From Podarcis melisellensis (taxonomy: Eukaryota): 64,000 bases of DNA. The stretch lies in assembly GCA_964234715.1 (NCBI GenBank), contig OZ174289.1. One strand, given 5' to 3'. A model generated the notes under the pieces. That model had not been told where the DNA came from and did no database searches. It saw nothing but the letters and a program-made list of their open reading frames with translations. The number at the start of each line of letters is the position of its first letter. Position 1 is the stretch's first letter. Positions 14,001 to 27,894 of the stretch are shown piece after piece. Made by a program: the position numbers and the translations under genes.

Positions 14001-15816
14001 ATGCAAAATACTTAAAAGTGGTGAAAAATAAATACATGTAAGCAGTAGGATGTAAAGGAAGCATCTCTGCTTCTTTTTGTGTCCTGCACATCATTCCTCA
14101 TGTTCACCTTTTTGTAATTTTGTTTCTTACTAAAATTCTTCCTGTCAAAAATTAGTGTGCATATGTGATTGTTCTTCTGAAGTATTGAAGATAGTGATGC
14201 AACTTAGAGGACCATCTACCACGAGGAAGCCACTTTCACACTCACCACAGTGTACCACTGGAATCACTAGAAGAGATGTTATCATGGGCATTGAGCTGCA
14301 TAGAACGGTGACTTTTACCGTGTCTCACAAGGAAATGGAAATTGTGGCGTTAGCATGGTTGGGATAAAATATGCCCTACCACATAGCCATACAGGGGCTG
14401 TAACAGGGGCTCCCAACCTTCTGGGATCTGTGGGTACATTTGGAATTCCAAAAAAGTGATGTGGGCACCGCCACAAAATGGCTGCCGTCGGGAGCAGCCT
14501 TTCATAAAATTGCTGCCTTGTCCTCTTTCTCAGAATCAAAATATTTCTCAGGATCACCTCCAAAACAATTTCCCCCTCTTTCTGCAAGGATCAACCCCAA
14601 GCTCTCTCTCTCTTTCAGAAACACCCTCTCCTAAACTCTTTGTCTGGATCACACACAGACACGCCCCCCCCCAAGGCACATAGGGCCTATCTCCTCAGAG
14701 AATGTAGCGTGGGTACTCAAACTATAGCATTTACAAAACACCCATCATGTACTAAAGTGGTGTCTGTATCTACTGTCCAGTAGAGTTGTTTTTAAAATGA
14801 CAGTGATTGTGCTCTTGGGAAGAAATCATTCTCATGATTTGTTCTCTTGTATTCTCTTTTAACCTATGTTTTTAAAAGAACAATCTCTTTTAGGTCTGCT
14901 AGGAAACAGCCAAAAAAGAATCCAAGAAAAATGATTTACAGTCTCTAAATTCAGAACTTCAGTGTCAGACTGTGTACACACAGCCAAGGTTTTCCCCCTC
15001 CCATATCTTGGGTGAATTACAAAAGTGGGCTGTAGTGGAGACCACCCCTTCCTTGCACAGCTTTTATCAGCAGGCTTCTCTTTTATACATTTTGCCCTCC
15101 TGCGGGCCACCTAATGTTTCTTTCCAATTAGTCACCCAACAAGTAGTTTCTCCTCTCAAAAGCAGGCCTAACAGACACAGCTATCTATCAAGTCAGACCA
15201 GCCCTCGCTAACACAATTGCAGGAAGTTATTCCACGTCTCAGACAATTCCCATTTCTATCTCTAGAAGAGCAAAAGGTCAGAAAACAGCAGGCAGTTGCT
15301 TTGCCAGCAATAGCAACATGGGCAGTTACACAGAACTCAACAGGGAGAGTATGTGGTAAGCGACTCTCTGCCCTCCCTCTCCCTGTGCCCCCTCCCATCA
15401 ACTTTCTCTTGCATCAACATGCCTTGAGTTCCAGCTTCCGTGTGCAGCAAAAACGCAATTCACACTAGGTTTCAGAATTGGATTATTTCAAGGGGTTTCA
15501 AAGTTAGGGGTGGGTGGCCCAGGCAGTTGCCCAGAGTACTGAGCTGGGAGAAGATTTCAGAACATAAAAAGGACCACTCAGTTAATAGTCCTGTTTTCCA
15601 TTCAGGTACCTCTGGAAAGACCGCATGCAATCATGACCTCTTCCATCTTTGCTTCTCAGAAAATGGCATTCAGTGACATATTGCCTCTAAGAAATCACCA
15701 TCCATGATGAGCATAGGTAGGGAATCCTCACTCAGTGAGCCATAAAACTCAGATTCACCAGCTTTCCTTTCCTTTCCTTTTTTAAAGAGTATTTTAAATA
15801 TTTCTAGCATTTGTAG

Positions 15817-15927
15817 CTACAAACATGAGTCTGACCAAACTGCGGGAGGCAGTGGAATACAGGAGTGCCTGGCGTGCTCTGGTCCATGGGGACACGAAGA
15901 GTCGGACACGACTAAACAACAACAACA
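15817..15927 (+). mobile_element. Very short BovB 3' end
   Basis: Matches the 3' end of the 49188-49739 element; (aac)n tail; 11-bp TSD agcatttgtag at 15806 and 15928. Confidence 0.88.
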
Positions 15928-16579
15928 AGCATTTGTAGAACCTGAGATATGAGGCAAAATTCACAGGCACTATTTATTTCAATTTTTGTGTGTGAGAAGC
16001 TACCGTTGCCCCCTCCTCTCAGTGGTTTACTGTGCCTGCCCACCCAGAAAAATTCCTGCAGACTCTTGTGCTCTGGGCTTCCGCATAATCATTGTTGCTT
16101 ATAGCTGTTGATAGTCTTATCCTCAGTGAATTTAGAGTGTCTGCCTTAGGCTATCTACTAATCAGCTAAAGTAAATATACAAACAATTGATTTTCTCTTA
16201 TAATGCTGGCACCACTGACCAGCATGACCCATGTTGCGTTGACATTCACTGTCATTATTTTCAGGAAAAATTACAACATAAGTGTCTGCTCAACAAACGG
16301 TACACATCTGAGTGGTTTGGGCCAGCTCTGCATCTGAAGATATTTTTGCCTTGTAGGAGACATCAGTCAATCAGCATGACAAAACTAGGAAGGTGATCAC
16401 ACCACCAGTTGCTCAGTTTATCTTTGATACCAGTCTTTGCCAATCTGATATGCACCAGATGTTTTCGACTGCACCTGCAGCCAGCTCCAACCAGCAGTTC
16501 AGTGTGACTTACTTCTGAGTGGTCATGTACACAATTGTTCTGTAAATCTGTTAATCATTCAAGTTGCCACAAGATTATC

Positions 16580-17960
16580 TGATGGTTTTGGCCCAAAGAG
16601 ACTAGTATATCTAAAGAGACTATCATGACCTCTCTAGAATGAATGAGAGAACTGTTTTGGGACATTATCAAGCAAATAGAAAAATAGGTTGACATGCCTT
16701 TGGAGACATAGCTAGGCTTATGCTCATTGAGGTTATTGTTTAATGATTAATTATGGAATTCACTGTTGATGATGATAAAAGTTGACTGCGTCGTCACCCC
16801 CAATGTCATTGAAATCCAGATGGGCATGTGGGATGCACATTATTGTCTTGCCAAAATGCTTTAAACATCTTCCCCCTGCTGGATAGCTCTGCGTTCTGCT
16901 TAGGTTAGAGGAAAAATTTAGAGGTCAGTGGTGAGAATAACAACCCTTTTTCATGTCCAGACTTTGCTGAAAGGTATGGTATGATCATTTTTAATATGGT
17001 GATTTTATACTTGCCTGGTGGTAGGGAGTGGAAGGATTTGTTTTTCTTCCTGTAAGTTTTTGTTTAATTTGTACTTTCCTCTAAACAATATAAGAGATAG
17101 CCATAACAAGACAACAAAATATTCGCCTTTGTGCTAAAACTGAGGCATCAACTCCCACTGATTTACTTAACTCTCACTACTGCTGAAACTAAATGGGAAT
17201 CCAGAGTGCTTAATTTTACTTTGTCCCATACATTATTTATTTATTTATTTTATTTCTACCTTTCCTTTCTAGGATAGCTTTTAGGACAAGCCATCGAGGA
17301 GAACATTTTGTTGACTGCAATATAGAGGAGTTATTTTATTTGTAGAGGCAATTATGTTGTTCTCTTGTGGATGCATTTGTGGTATTCATGCTATTGTTGC
17401 AGCTACCATTGAAAACAAAGTAGATCTTGACTTGAAGAGGCACTTTGGAGAGTTTTTTGGTTTCGTAATGTTCAGAATGTGATTGCCATTTTAAACACTA
17501 AGAAGAAATTTGAGAATTATAGGTCAGGTTGACTTTTAAGGCATCCAGCATTTCTATTTCAGTGGAAATATGGGCAGCTCTCTCCCCAAAACAAGAACAG
17601 GATGTGATGGGGGAGCCCCACACCAGGACAGGTCTGGGAGGGTAGGACAGGAGGAACCTGTGCCTCCTAAGCTAGCTTAATACCCTCAGGTGTAGAGGGC
17701 TTTGTCTGATTACCATTGTGGAATCTTGCTTGTGCCCACCATACATTCAAAGCTCTGTGATACCACTTCAGATAATCATGGTCTGGCTTCCCTCAAAGAA
17801 TTCTGGGAGCTCTAGCTCAGTGAGGTGTATAGGGGTCTTCTAACAACCCTTTGTACTCTTAATGAAATACAGCTCACATACTTCTTTTGGGGGAAGCTGT
17901 GGCTGTTTAAAGTGGAATCAAAGTGCTTTAAGTGCATGGTACAGTATTAATGTGGCCCAA
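16580..17960 (+). repeat. Copy A of a local inverted duplication (partner ~43890-46160, reverse complement)
   Basis: Colinear reverse-complement homology read by eye; 17273-17522 vs 45442-45192 differ at about 24 of 251 positions; outer boundaries approximate. Confidence 0.85.
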
Positions 17961-18710
17961 GTCAGCTTAAGTTTTCTCCATGGAGTAGGGGAAGCTGGCA
18001 CCATATTGTCTTGCACCTGGGCCAGTCCAGCAACCAGATGCGTTCACAAGGGCAGCTGTGGTTATTTCTTTGGTGGATGATTCAGTGTGGGAAAGGGCAG
18101 TTGGAAATAGGTACTTCCATCAGCTCCCACCAAAGTTCTTCCATGATTTTCTACATCTCAGTTCATTATTGTGTGGTGAAGATAAACTGCTGAAGTAAGT
18201 CAGCTCTTTGTACATTATCCATTAACAGATTTTGAGGGTTCATTCAAATAACTATCCAGTCCAACTGCATGCTATTTCATCTCTCTTACTCTGCAGCTCA
18301 GTAATGAAATTCTCACTTGCGTATCAGTTTATATTTTGCTGGTGCTGGAGCCTCAGTGGCAGAGGTTCTTCAGTAGTGCCCAACAATAGGTACCACTTAA
18401 TGAAGCAGCCCAAAGAAACTGAAAGCTGATGTGCTGCTTCTCATGCAAAACAGCAAGACTTTGCAGGGCACCCCAATGAAACAAAGAACACTCAGATCTA
18501 TGGAATTCCACACGTGGCATATATTTTTCACAAAAGAGTAAGATATTTCACACAGACATTTTGTCTGAGCACACACACACACACACACACACACAGTGTC
18601 TTGGTGAGTGCATCGGGTGGGGAGAGAGATTCCCATATTGAGGAAAAAATTAAAATGCCTGTCACAGATGGACAATCACATTGTATGTAGGGAGTTGGAC
18701 AGTGTATGTA

Positions 18711-18924
18711 CAGTGGTACCTTGGGTTACAAACGCTTTGGGTTACAAACTCCGCTAACCCGGAAGTAGTACCTCAGGTTGAGGACTTTGACCCAGGATGA
18801 GAACGGAAATCGCACGGTGGCAGCAGGAGGCCCCATTAGCAAAAGTGTGCCTCAGGTTAAGAATGGTTTCGGGTTAAGAACGGACCTCCAGAACAAATTA
18901 AATTCATAACCCAAGGTACCACTG
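18711..18924. mobile_element. Tc1/mariner-type (Tigger-like) MITE
   Basis: 18-bp perfect TIR cagtggtaccttgggtta; TA on both sides. Confidence 0.9.
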
Positions 18925-19227
18925 TATATCCGTTGAATTCTGTTTTTATAGATTTAGGGTTGCATCCAACTCAGAGTAGACTCATTGAAATCAGCGGATG
19001 TAAGCAAGTTAAGTTCCTTGATATCAGGGGTATATCCTGCGTATGGCCAGTGGTGGATATCATATCACCCTAAGTAATTTAGATTGTAGCTCATAATGAG
19101 CACAGAATCATTTTTTAAAAAATGAATATACAGCACAATAAACCATTTACACAATGTGGCCCAGATATGTTGTTTTTTTTTAATGTGTTCTGGCTGCTCT
19201 GTTATAGACCTATTTGTTTTAGCATTA

Positions 19228-19453
19228 CAGTGGTACCTCGGGTTAAGTACTTAATTCGTTCCAGAGGTCCGTTCTTAACCTGAAACTGTTCTTAACCTGA
19301 AGCACCACTTTAGCTAATGGGGCCTCCTGCTGCTGCCGTGCTGCTGGAGCACGATTTCTGTTCTCATCCTGAAGCAAAGTTCTTAATCTGAAGCACTATT
19401 TCTGGGTTAGCGAAGTCTGTAACCTGAAGCGTATGTAACCCGAGGTACCACTG
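19228..19453. mobile_element. Same MITE family, opposite orientation to 18711-18924
   Basis: 18-bp perfect TIR cagtggtacctcgggtta; TA TSD. Confidence 0.9.
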
Positions 19454-22210
19454 TACTTGATTTAAAGCATTGGTTGGCATTACATGTATGGATCTACAAG
19501 GGCTGCTTTGCCCTGAAATAATAGTTATTAGTGTCCAGGTAATAATAATACACCTGTATCTCAGAGGCACACCCACCAGTGCAGGAGGTATAAATGCAGA
19601 TGAAACAATAGAAGGGTGATCCCTTTAGAGACAAGTCAGAATGTACTTCACAGTTTATTGAAAGTGAGAGTGAGGCAGAGAGAGAAAGAGATCCAGCATC
19701 GCTAATTGATGGCAAAACAAATCAAAGTGACAGAATCCTTCAGGCGTTATAAAAAAGACCATCCAGTTATTTCCTATTCAAAAACAGCAATAAAAGGGGT
19801 GGTCTCTTTTGCATTGTTCAAAAAAGTAGAAATGCATGAATATACCCCCCAAAAAAGAGGATACTTGGTTGCATAAAATTTGTGTGTTTGTTTCTGAATT
19901 TGCATTTTTACATATACATTGTTGCTATAATTTAAGTAGAAATGTAATATATCTCACTATAGTGGGGAAACTGACCTTTGTGCTCATTCAGTCTGCTGTC
20001 CCGGTGCAAACTGTTGATGGGTAAATTTAAGGCCCCACCTGCTGTCTGCCCTTGTGGTTCTTGGTCTTTAAACTGCTTGGTCCATCAAATACAAAACTGC
20101 TTTAAATATCCTCTTACAACAACCCTTAAAATTAGAGGATTGGCCTCTGAAAAGTAGACTATTATCAAAGCAGTTTACAGCAATAAAACATACAACTGTA
20201 CAATAATACCATATTAAAAAGTTAAAAACAGACAACAATTAACTATTGAGGAAGGATGTATTCTTGATTGCCTGCATAGGCCTGGTGGAATAGAAAAGCT
20301 TTCAACAGGCATTCAAAAGTTTGCACAGAAGGTGCTTGCTGAATCACTGTTGGCAGAGTATTCCACAGGACTGGGCCAATGGCACTAAAGTTTCTCATTG
20401 TTGTCAAATGAGCCTCACCAACTCAGGAAATGACCAGTGGAAGCCCCTGCAGATGATCTTGGTGATTGAGCTGAAATGGTACTGTGAACCTGAGTTGTTC
20501 AGGGCTTTGTCAATTCATACAAGAACCTTGAGTCTTGCTTGGTAGTATTGGACTTCCAACTTGCAGTTTCCCTGACCAATTGGATTTTCTGATGGGGCTG
20601 ATGGGAGTTGGAGTCTGTCAGACTTGAAGGGCCATAGGTTCCCTATCCCTGTCAACACAGAAATGTTCAGATGGATTTGTTTACAGGCAGCCACTCCATA
20701 GGAGGCGAAAAGGTGACTTAACTTGTGGGAATCACACATTCTCTAATTAGCACCCATAGTGCAGAATTTAGAGGATCCTGGGAGGAAGGAGATGGCATGG
20801 AAAACCCATTTGGTGTTTGAGGAGGAGTTCCTTGAGCTTCATTAAGATAACAGTTCTACCGTTATTCTTTTTTAAGAACAGTATTTTGGGGGGGACTCTT
20901 GCAGACAGCCTCTTTGCCCAATTTCCTGTTTATGTTCCTTTTAGATCTGTGCTTTACCCTCATGTGAGATTAGACAGTTAAAGATGGGCTGTATAACTGT
21001 TGGCTGTTTTCCCCTGACAGTATGCTCAGTTAAGAAGACAAAACAGCAAAGAAAGAGAGACTTGCAGGTAAAGAACGGCATACAAATTTAATAAATAATA
21101 ATAGAAAAAGTACCCTGTTTGCTTAGAATGTTGCAAGAGATAGCCAGAATGAAGTAAAACCAGTTAGCCAAAGGAATATGCCACCTGCATTGCTTCTCAA
21201 CCTCTTAGTATCAATGCAACCAACATCTGTGTTTATGATCACACATAAACTGCAAGAAAAGGGATTAGTTGACATAAACTGTTTTGTTTTTGCAAAAGTA
21301 TGTGTGGGGGTTCCGTTTGGAATCTTTCCATAAAAGCTATTAGTTTAATAAACCTTCTCAATACTTTAAAAAAAAAATAACTGAAGCTGCATTTATTTTG
21401 GTGTTGGCTATGTGCATTTGTACTTAGCACACCTGATGAGATACATGTTTAGCCAGTCTGATATAGTAGTTAAGCCCAGTAATGTGGAAGATTTTGAACT
21501 GGGAACTTTTCATAGGGTAATTTTCTTGGGAAATAGCCTGATGCCCTAGAATGTGATCTGATTTAGCGTGATATTTTACTTGAAACCGGCATCTTTGCCT
21601 AATACTGTATTTGCAATTGCAATCCATTTATTGTTTCTAGAGAACTTGCAAAACAGAAACATTTCTGTGGAACAATTAAGCTCCGGTATTTTGAATAGTA
21701 CTCCCAACCCTCTGGAGCAGATTTGGAGGGAACATTGGTGGTTACCAGGGCAAAGAGAGTTTGTAGAAGCAGAAGCCTGCTGCGCAAGTGGGCAGCAACC
21801 TGTCCTTCAGCATGTATGGGCAGACATTCACAACTAATTCAACACTTAATTGTGTTGGTTGTTGGTAAACCTCTGGGCCCAATAAATTAAAAGTGCTCAT
21901 TCTAATCCTTAAAGCCAACAGCCTAGAACCAACATAGCTCTTAGAGCAGAGGTGTTGAGCCTCTGCCCTCCTTATGTTACTAGTCTTCTACTCCCATGAT
22001 CTCCAGATAACATGGCCAGTGGTCAAGAATTATCAGAGCTGTAGTCCAGCAACAACTGGAGGGCCACGGGATCTCTTCCTCTTTCTTAGAGCAGTGGCTC
22101 CCAATTAGCTAAGTACTGCAGCAAGGAGGAGCCGAATCATGTGCCCCGCTGCTGTACTCATTTGCATGTTTAACTCGAGGCTTTGTCCATTGGAGCTTCC
22201 TATAGCTTGT

Positions 22211-22567
22211 GGATGCGGATGGTGCTGTGGTCTAAACCACAGAGCCTAGGGCTTGCTGATAAGAAGGCCGGCGGTTCGAATCCCCGTGACGGGCTGAGCT
22301 CCCATTGCTCGGTCCCTGCTCCTGCCAACCTAGCCGTTCGAAAGCACTTCAAAGTGCAAGTAGATAAACAGGTACCGCTCCGGCAGGAAGGTAAACGGTG
22401 TTTCTGTGCACTGCTCTGGTTTGCCAGAAGCGACTTAGTCATGCTTACCACATGACCTGGAAACTGTATGTCGGGCTCCCTTGGCCAGTAAAGCAAGATG
22501 AGTGCCACAACCCCAGAGTCGTTCATGACTGGACCTAACGGCCAGGGGTCCCATTACCCTTTACCTT
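22211..22567 (+). mobile_element. Sauria (Squam1-type) SINE, full length
   Basis: tRNA-like head (ggtgctgtggtctaaacc...ggttcgaatcc), typical body and acctt tail; TSD tatagcttgt(gga) at 22201 and 22568. Confidence 0.92.
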
Positions 22568-25500
22568 TATAGCTTGTGGAAGGGGCTCCCTTTGCTAGGT
22601 TGTTCTAAATTTATATGCTTGGCTAGCTGCTCCCAGACATTGTTGAAGCCAATGAGGTCAGGGGCTGTGGCTCCAAACACCTGATAGCAGGAATTTGAAA
22701 AGGAAGAAGGAGCTATGTCAGTTAGCACCCTGGGAATAAGAAGTGAACAATGCTGATAAAGTTTCAAAGTCATTCCTGATGATGGTGGTTTATTTAGTTA
22801 TTCTCACTGTTCAAAAGACTTCAAATCAGATTATTTTGTTGTAATCTTTTATTTACTTATTTATTCACTCACTCACTCACTCACTCATTCAAAAGTGTTC
22901 CTTGGCTGCTCTTCAACGAAAACTATTCCAAGGAGGTGGTGTGCGAAGGTGTGAATAATACTATTCACACAACATATAAACATGATATAGAAAACAACAG
23001 GTAAGCTTCACAACATCCAGACTAAAACGGGGGGAAACAACAACAGAGGAGCAAAATACCAACCCAAGTATCATCTAAAATACAATGGGCAAGCAGGAAG
23101 ACTTTAACTTGGGTCCAAAAAGGGTTGCTTTGTGCCCCATATGCCTCTTTCAGGGGACCCACATTGGGCAAAAGTTGCAGCAGCCTTCTAAAGTTGCAGC
23201 AGCCTTCCAGGGTTTCAGGAAGGGGACATTGCCAGGCCTACATGGAGATACTAATGATTGAACCTGAGACCTATTGGTATTGGCAGTAGTGATTAAGATG
23301 GAACAATGGAGTGACCCTTCATGTGTGTGTTCCTATGTAATTTAGTTACTATTGCCTCCATATTGCAAACAGGGATAGGAAGCCTCCTGAGCCAGGACTC
23401 CCAGTGGGCTCATAACAGTGTGTCCTTTAGCTACTGCATGCCTGAGGTAAGGTGGATCCATGATCCCACAAGATGCACAGAAGACTTTGGATGCAGTTAT
23501 TTGGATCCTGACATTGTTAATCCCCTTTCCACGGGAGCTAAACTATCCTGCTTCACAATTGTGCTTCAATATTTCTTTTCTCATGTACAACAGCAAGTGA
23601 GACCACATTTTTCTAGGTTGTATAACTGAAATAAATTTATCAGTTCTTGATCAATATGGGAGACCATATTTATTTAGGGGAACACAAAGATTTGTTACAA
23701 ACCCTGGGAAATAAAACATGGGTGGGAATTGTGATCTGGATAAAGACAATGGTTTAAAAAGGGTAGGGAACTCTTTTAAGACCATACATGGGTTTCCAGG
23801 ATCAAGCAAACCTTCCAGTGGTGCATGTGGCCAAAGCAAAAGTGGGCAGAGCAACAGGTGTAAATGTTACCTTTGTACAGTAGTCTAGTTTCTACACACA
23901 TCCATCCAGAGTTATTGTCACAGTTCACGGACATTCCAGCTAGACCAAAATACTCAAGGCGGTTATAAAGCAGGAGCAATAAGGGGTACGACCTGTGGAA
24001 GTTGCTGAGGGCCAGTCAGAGAGACCTGATGGGCCACATTAAGGTCTCAGGTGCAAGGCTTCCTGATTTAAGAAATACCTTGTTCTCATGCTATTTTCTG
24101 TATATGTCATATTTACAGGCTCAAAAAATACGCCTTTTGTTATTTGATCATTCCAGCATCCTATTTTCCCCAGTAATAAACCATATCTATTTATCTAACC
24201 AATAGATTAACTGCTTCATATAAAGATAAACCTCTGAGGTGTTTACACAGTAAAATCCATGAAATCCACAAAACTAAAATACAAATAAGATGAAATACAT
24301 AACTGTCACTATCACAGTAGACAGCAGAATCAAAATACTGAAACAGAATACTAAGCAGCGCAGTCTAAAAATTAACAGCCAGGAAATGCCTGAATAAACA
24401 AGCAAAAAGGCACCTAAAATAAGCTGATGCTTCTCAGACAGTGCAGGGGGAGGGTGTACCAGAGGGTTGGTGCCATTGCGCAAAAGGCCTACATCCGCAT
24501 TGTACCTAGATGGGTGGTGGATACCACTCTTAGACTTCCTAGCTGTTTTCTGCTGCAGCTGGAGAACAGCAGCCTGTTGGAACCAGAAGATTTGGCCAGC
24601 TAGCCCCACCCATGAAGAGCAAGAACTCTGCTATTGCTGTAGCTGTTTTCCAAGGAGAAGCCTATTTATTTGGAGGCTGCTGTTGACTGTTGTTTTCTGC
24701 CAGCTCTAGTGTGGAGATGGGGCGATATCTTGAGGGCAGGGGCACTCACCTTAGGCAATTGTCTGTGGATGGGCTTGCTCTTAGGTCAGAGAATGGAGAA
24801 GCTGGGAATCAGGAGGTGGGAGATGTGAGTTAACTTGTCTTCCACGTGAGAGGTGGAGTGCTGAGGATCTATATCTATGCTGAAACCATTTGTGCAACAA
24901 TGTGTATCCAGTGTCATTGATTTTCCCATTTAATATAATTTTGATCGAGCTATCACACTTTCCTTGCATCTTTTATCTGTATGAATATGCTGTTCTCCTT
25001 CAGTGTTAGAAATTTGCCAGGTGCATTTTGCTTCTGGCTACCAGCCACTTGCAACCAAATGAAGAAACCTGGGTGCCAGGATGGCATCTCTGCCATCTGG
25101 AGGTGCATGCATGGGGCTCCTTTGATCTTGACTATTTTCACACATTAGCAACACATCCTGTAGAATTCTATCCGTAATATTTTATCTGCACAATCAGAAT
25201 GAATTTCAGGAACCAAAAGTTCTTATTGAAAAATACAACTTTCAAGCTGTCTGGCTCCTAAATGGCAACTAGGCATTGTGTTTTGGCGACTGTTACTCTG
25301 GTTAAAGGAGCCATTTGGCACATAGCACTGTTCACTACTATGGGGACCTTTGAACAAAAAAGCCATAAATCACTAAGCCATACAGGGCACCCTCCAATTA
25401 TTGTAAAGGTAGACTGGGTCTGTACAGATGAAGGTGGTCTATCCGGTATCTTGGTTGTTCAGGGCTTTACACATTAATAATGGAACCTTGAATATGGCTC

Positions 25501-26364
25501 AGTAGCTCATAGGCAGGAGATGCAGTGCTTTTGGAAAGCTTTCATGTAGGGCATGAAGGCAATAGCCTTTTCCCATTAGCAGTATTCACATGTTACATTC
25601 AATGGGTGTTAAGTCTGTGTATCTGTGCACACAAATTGTTTAGCTGTACAAATCAACAAAGGCCCACTCTTTCACAGAAACACTCGTACCTGTGTAGAGA
25701 TGATTTGCTCAGAAAGCTTATCATTAGTCCCCAGCCCGGAGGTTGCATTCAACCATAGTGACTAGAAGCTGTTGATAAACTTATCTAAGAATCTGTCTGA
25801 ATAGCAGCAAATTCCTTAAATGAACTGCATGATATATGTAAAAGTCATTCCTGTTGTTTGCCCTGAATCCCCTGCCAATCAGGAAGAGTGAAAGGAAGGC
25901 CTTTCCTCACACATTGTCCTAGCTCCAAGGCATTGGTGCTACTTGTGAATTGACCTATTGCAGCAGTGGCTAACCCTTTCCGGGCTGAGTGCCACACTAA
26001 TCCCTGGTAAACCCTCTGGCAGGCACATGTCAAAATGGTTGTGGAGTAAAAGTGGATGCAGTCCTTTTTTCTTTTTAAGGGACACATTTTCAGGTTCTGC
26101 AGGGGGTGGTGGGTGGCAGGCAGCAGTCACAATCCCATCCCTGCCTCAGTGAGGACTACATATGCTCACTGGGTACAGAATGACTGGCAAAGTGGGGAAT
26201 GGGAAGAGAATGGAATGAAGGAAGCAAAGCTGACTGACTTGGAACAGCAAAGAGGAGTAGGTGACTTCAGCGTTTTGTTGCCAGTCCCACTAGTATTTTA
26301 AAATCATAATCAGTTCATTAAGCAAATCCATCAGTGTTTTGAATATGTGTTGGTTATGCATATG

Positions 26365-26398
<34 letters not shown>

Positions 26399-27820
26399 TT
26401 TCCTTAACTGTTGCAGCCTGAAGTGTTGTTTTTCTCTCTCTTGCAAATAGTCCTTTCAAAAAACAAAAACTCCACAGCTTTCAAACCTATTTGACTTAGA
26501 TATGCTCAAAGGAATCCATTCGCCTGACAGCAAATTTGCAAGTTTATTAAATAGCAGCAATGACTCATCCACTTGCAGCTGTTCCTGGGAGCGTAAATAT
26601 ACATAGACACTATAGATTAGGGTGTGCAATTTGGGATGGGAGCGTGGTTTTGGGGAAACAGATTTCTTTCGGCTCTGATTTTATTCTGAGCATGTGGCAT
26701 TTTCACTTCTTCTCCCCACCCACAGATGAATGCTATCTTTTCCTTTTGTGTGCGCGCAAGGAGAAATGGGAGCTTCCCTGCTGTTTTTGAAAATTTCGGC
26801 CTCTGTATGCTTTTCTATAAAACATTCATCATGCAACTAAAATAAGACAGTTTCAGGCCAATGCTCTTTGCTAGTAATGGATGGGTGTCAGTTGAGTGGG
26901 AAATAGGGAGGTGTTTTCCCCAGTGATACTTTTTAATGCCAGAGAAAGGGAAGATTTTTATACCTCATGAAAAATAAATTGATGAAGGTTGGATCCAGCC
27001 ATGCTTACAGTAGACCCATCAAAACAGGACTAACTTCATGATCCCAGGATGTGGTCTGGAGGCACATGAGGCTGCCACCTTGATGAAGGTCAGCAGGCCG
27101 TGATCTGGTCAATACCTGGATGGATGACCAACTGGGAAACACATGTATGCCAAGTGGTCAGAGCAGTGGATGTTTTGCTTTCATATACAGTAGAGTGGTT
27201 TCTACATACATCCCTCTCAATCCTCCATTTAGGCGTGCAAGAGTCATTACCAGAGTGCAACGACACTTTTCAGCCAGGCAAAAATATTCTAGGAGGGTAT
27301 GACCCAAGGAGAGCCCCAAGGGCCAGGTAGAGAGGCCTAGTGGGCAAGGTTTCCCACCCAGCTATAGAACTTGAACTGTGGGGTTTTCTGTGCCCTTTAG
27401 CAAGATCCTGTTCCTTGTGGGCATCTTCATCCCAAAAGTTTTGTGCTCTAGAATCTTAAAACTTGGGGTAAGGTGAGCGACTTCTAATTATTATTATTTT
27501 AATAGGCCAACACATCTGTTACTTTTAAATATGATGTAATTTTCAGCCTCGTTCTTTTTCAATCATTTGTCTGAAATGTTAAGAAGCCCCAACTCTACCC
27601 CAAGTACCCCACATCCTGTCAACAATAAGCCTTTCAGAAAAACAAAATGAAAAAAACTACTCATGCCTTTTCTAGGCATTTTAAAATAGGCATCCTTGGA
27701 TGCTGAAGCTGTCAGAGGTTAGACTGTGTTTCCAAGTCCAGGCATGAATGTGTTAAAAGACCATTCAAAATGCAACATGTACAAGATTCATTGTGAAAGT
27801 CAGTCGCTGTGTTTGTTCAT

Positions 27821-27894
27821 CTTGAGATTCTTGCATTGCAGGAGGTTGGACTAGATGCCCGTTGGGGTTCCTTCCAACTCTACAATTCTATGAT
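27821..27894 (+). mobile_element. CR1 3' terminus
   Basis: ggttggactagatg...ccttccaactctacaattctatgat, the characteristic CR1 3' end. Confidence 0.8.

Noticed and set aside
21021-21067. 47-nt exon-like segment (ttttcccctgacag|...gcag|gtaaag)
   Set aside because: Plausible splice signals, but it would shift the frame and has no homology support; such pairs are common by chance.
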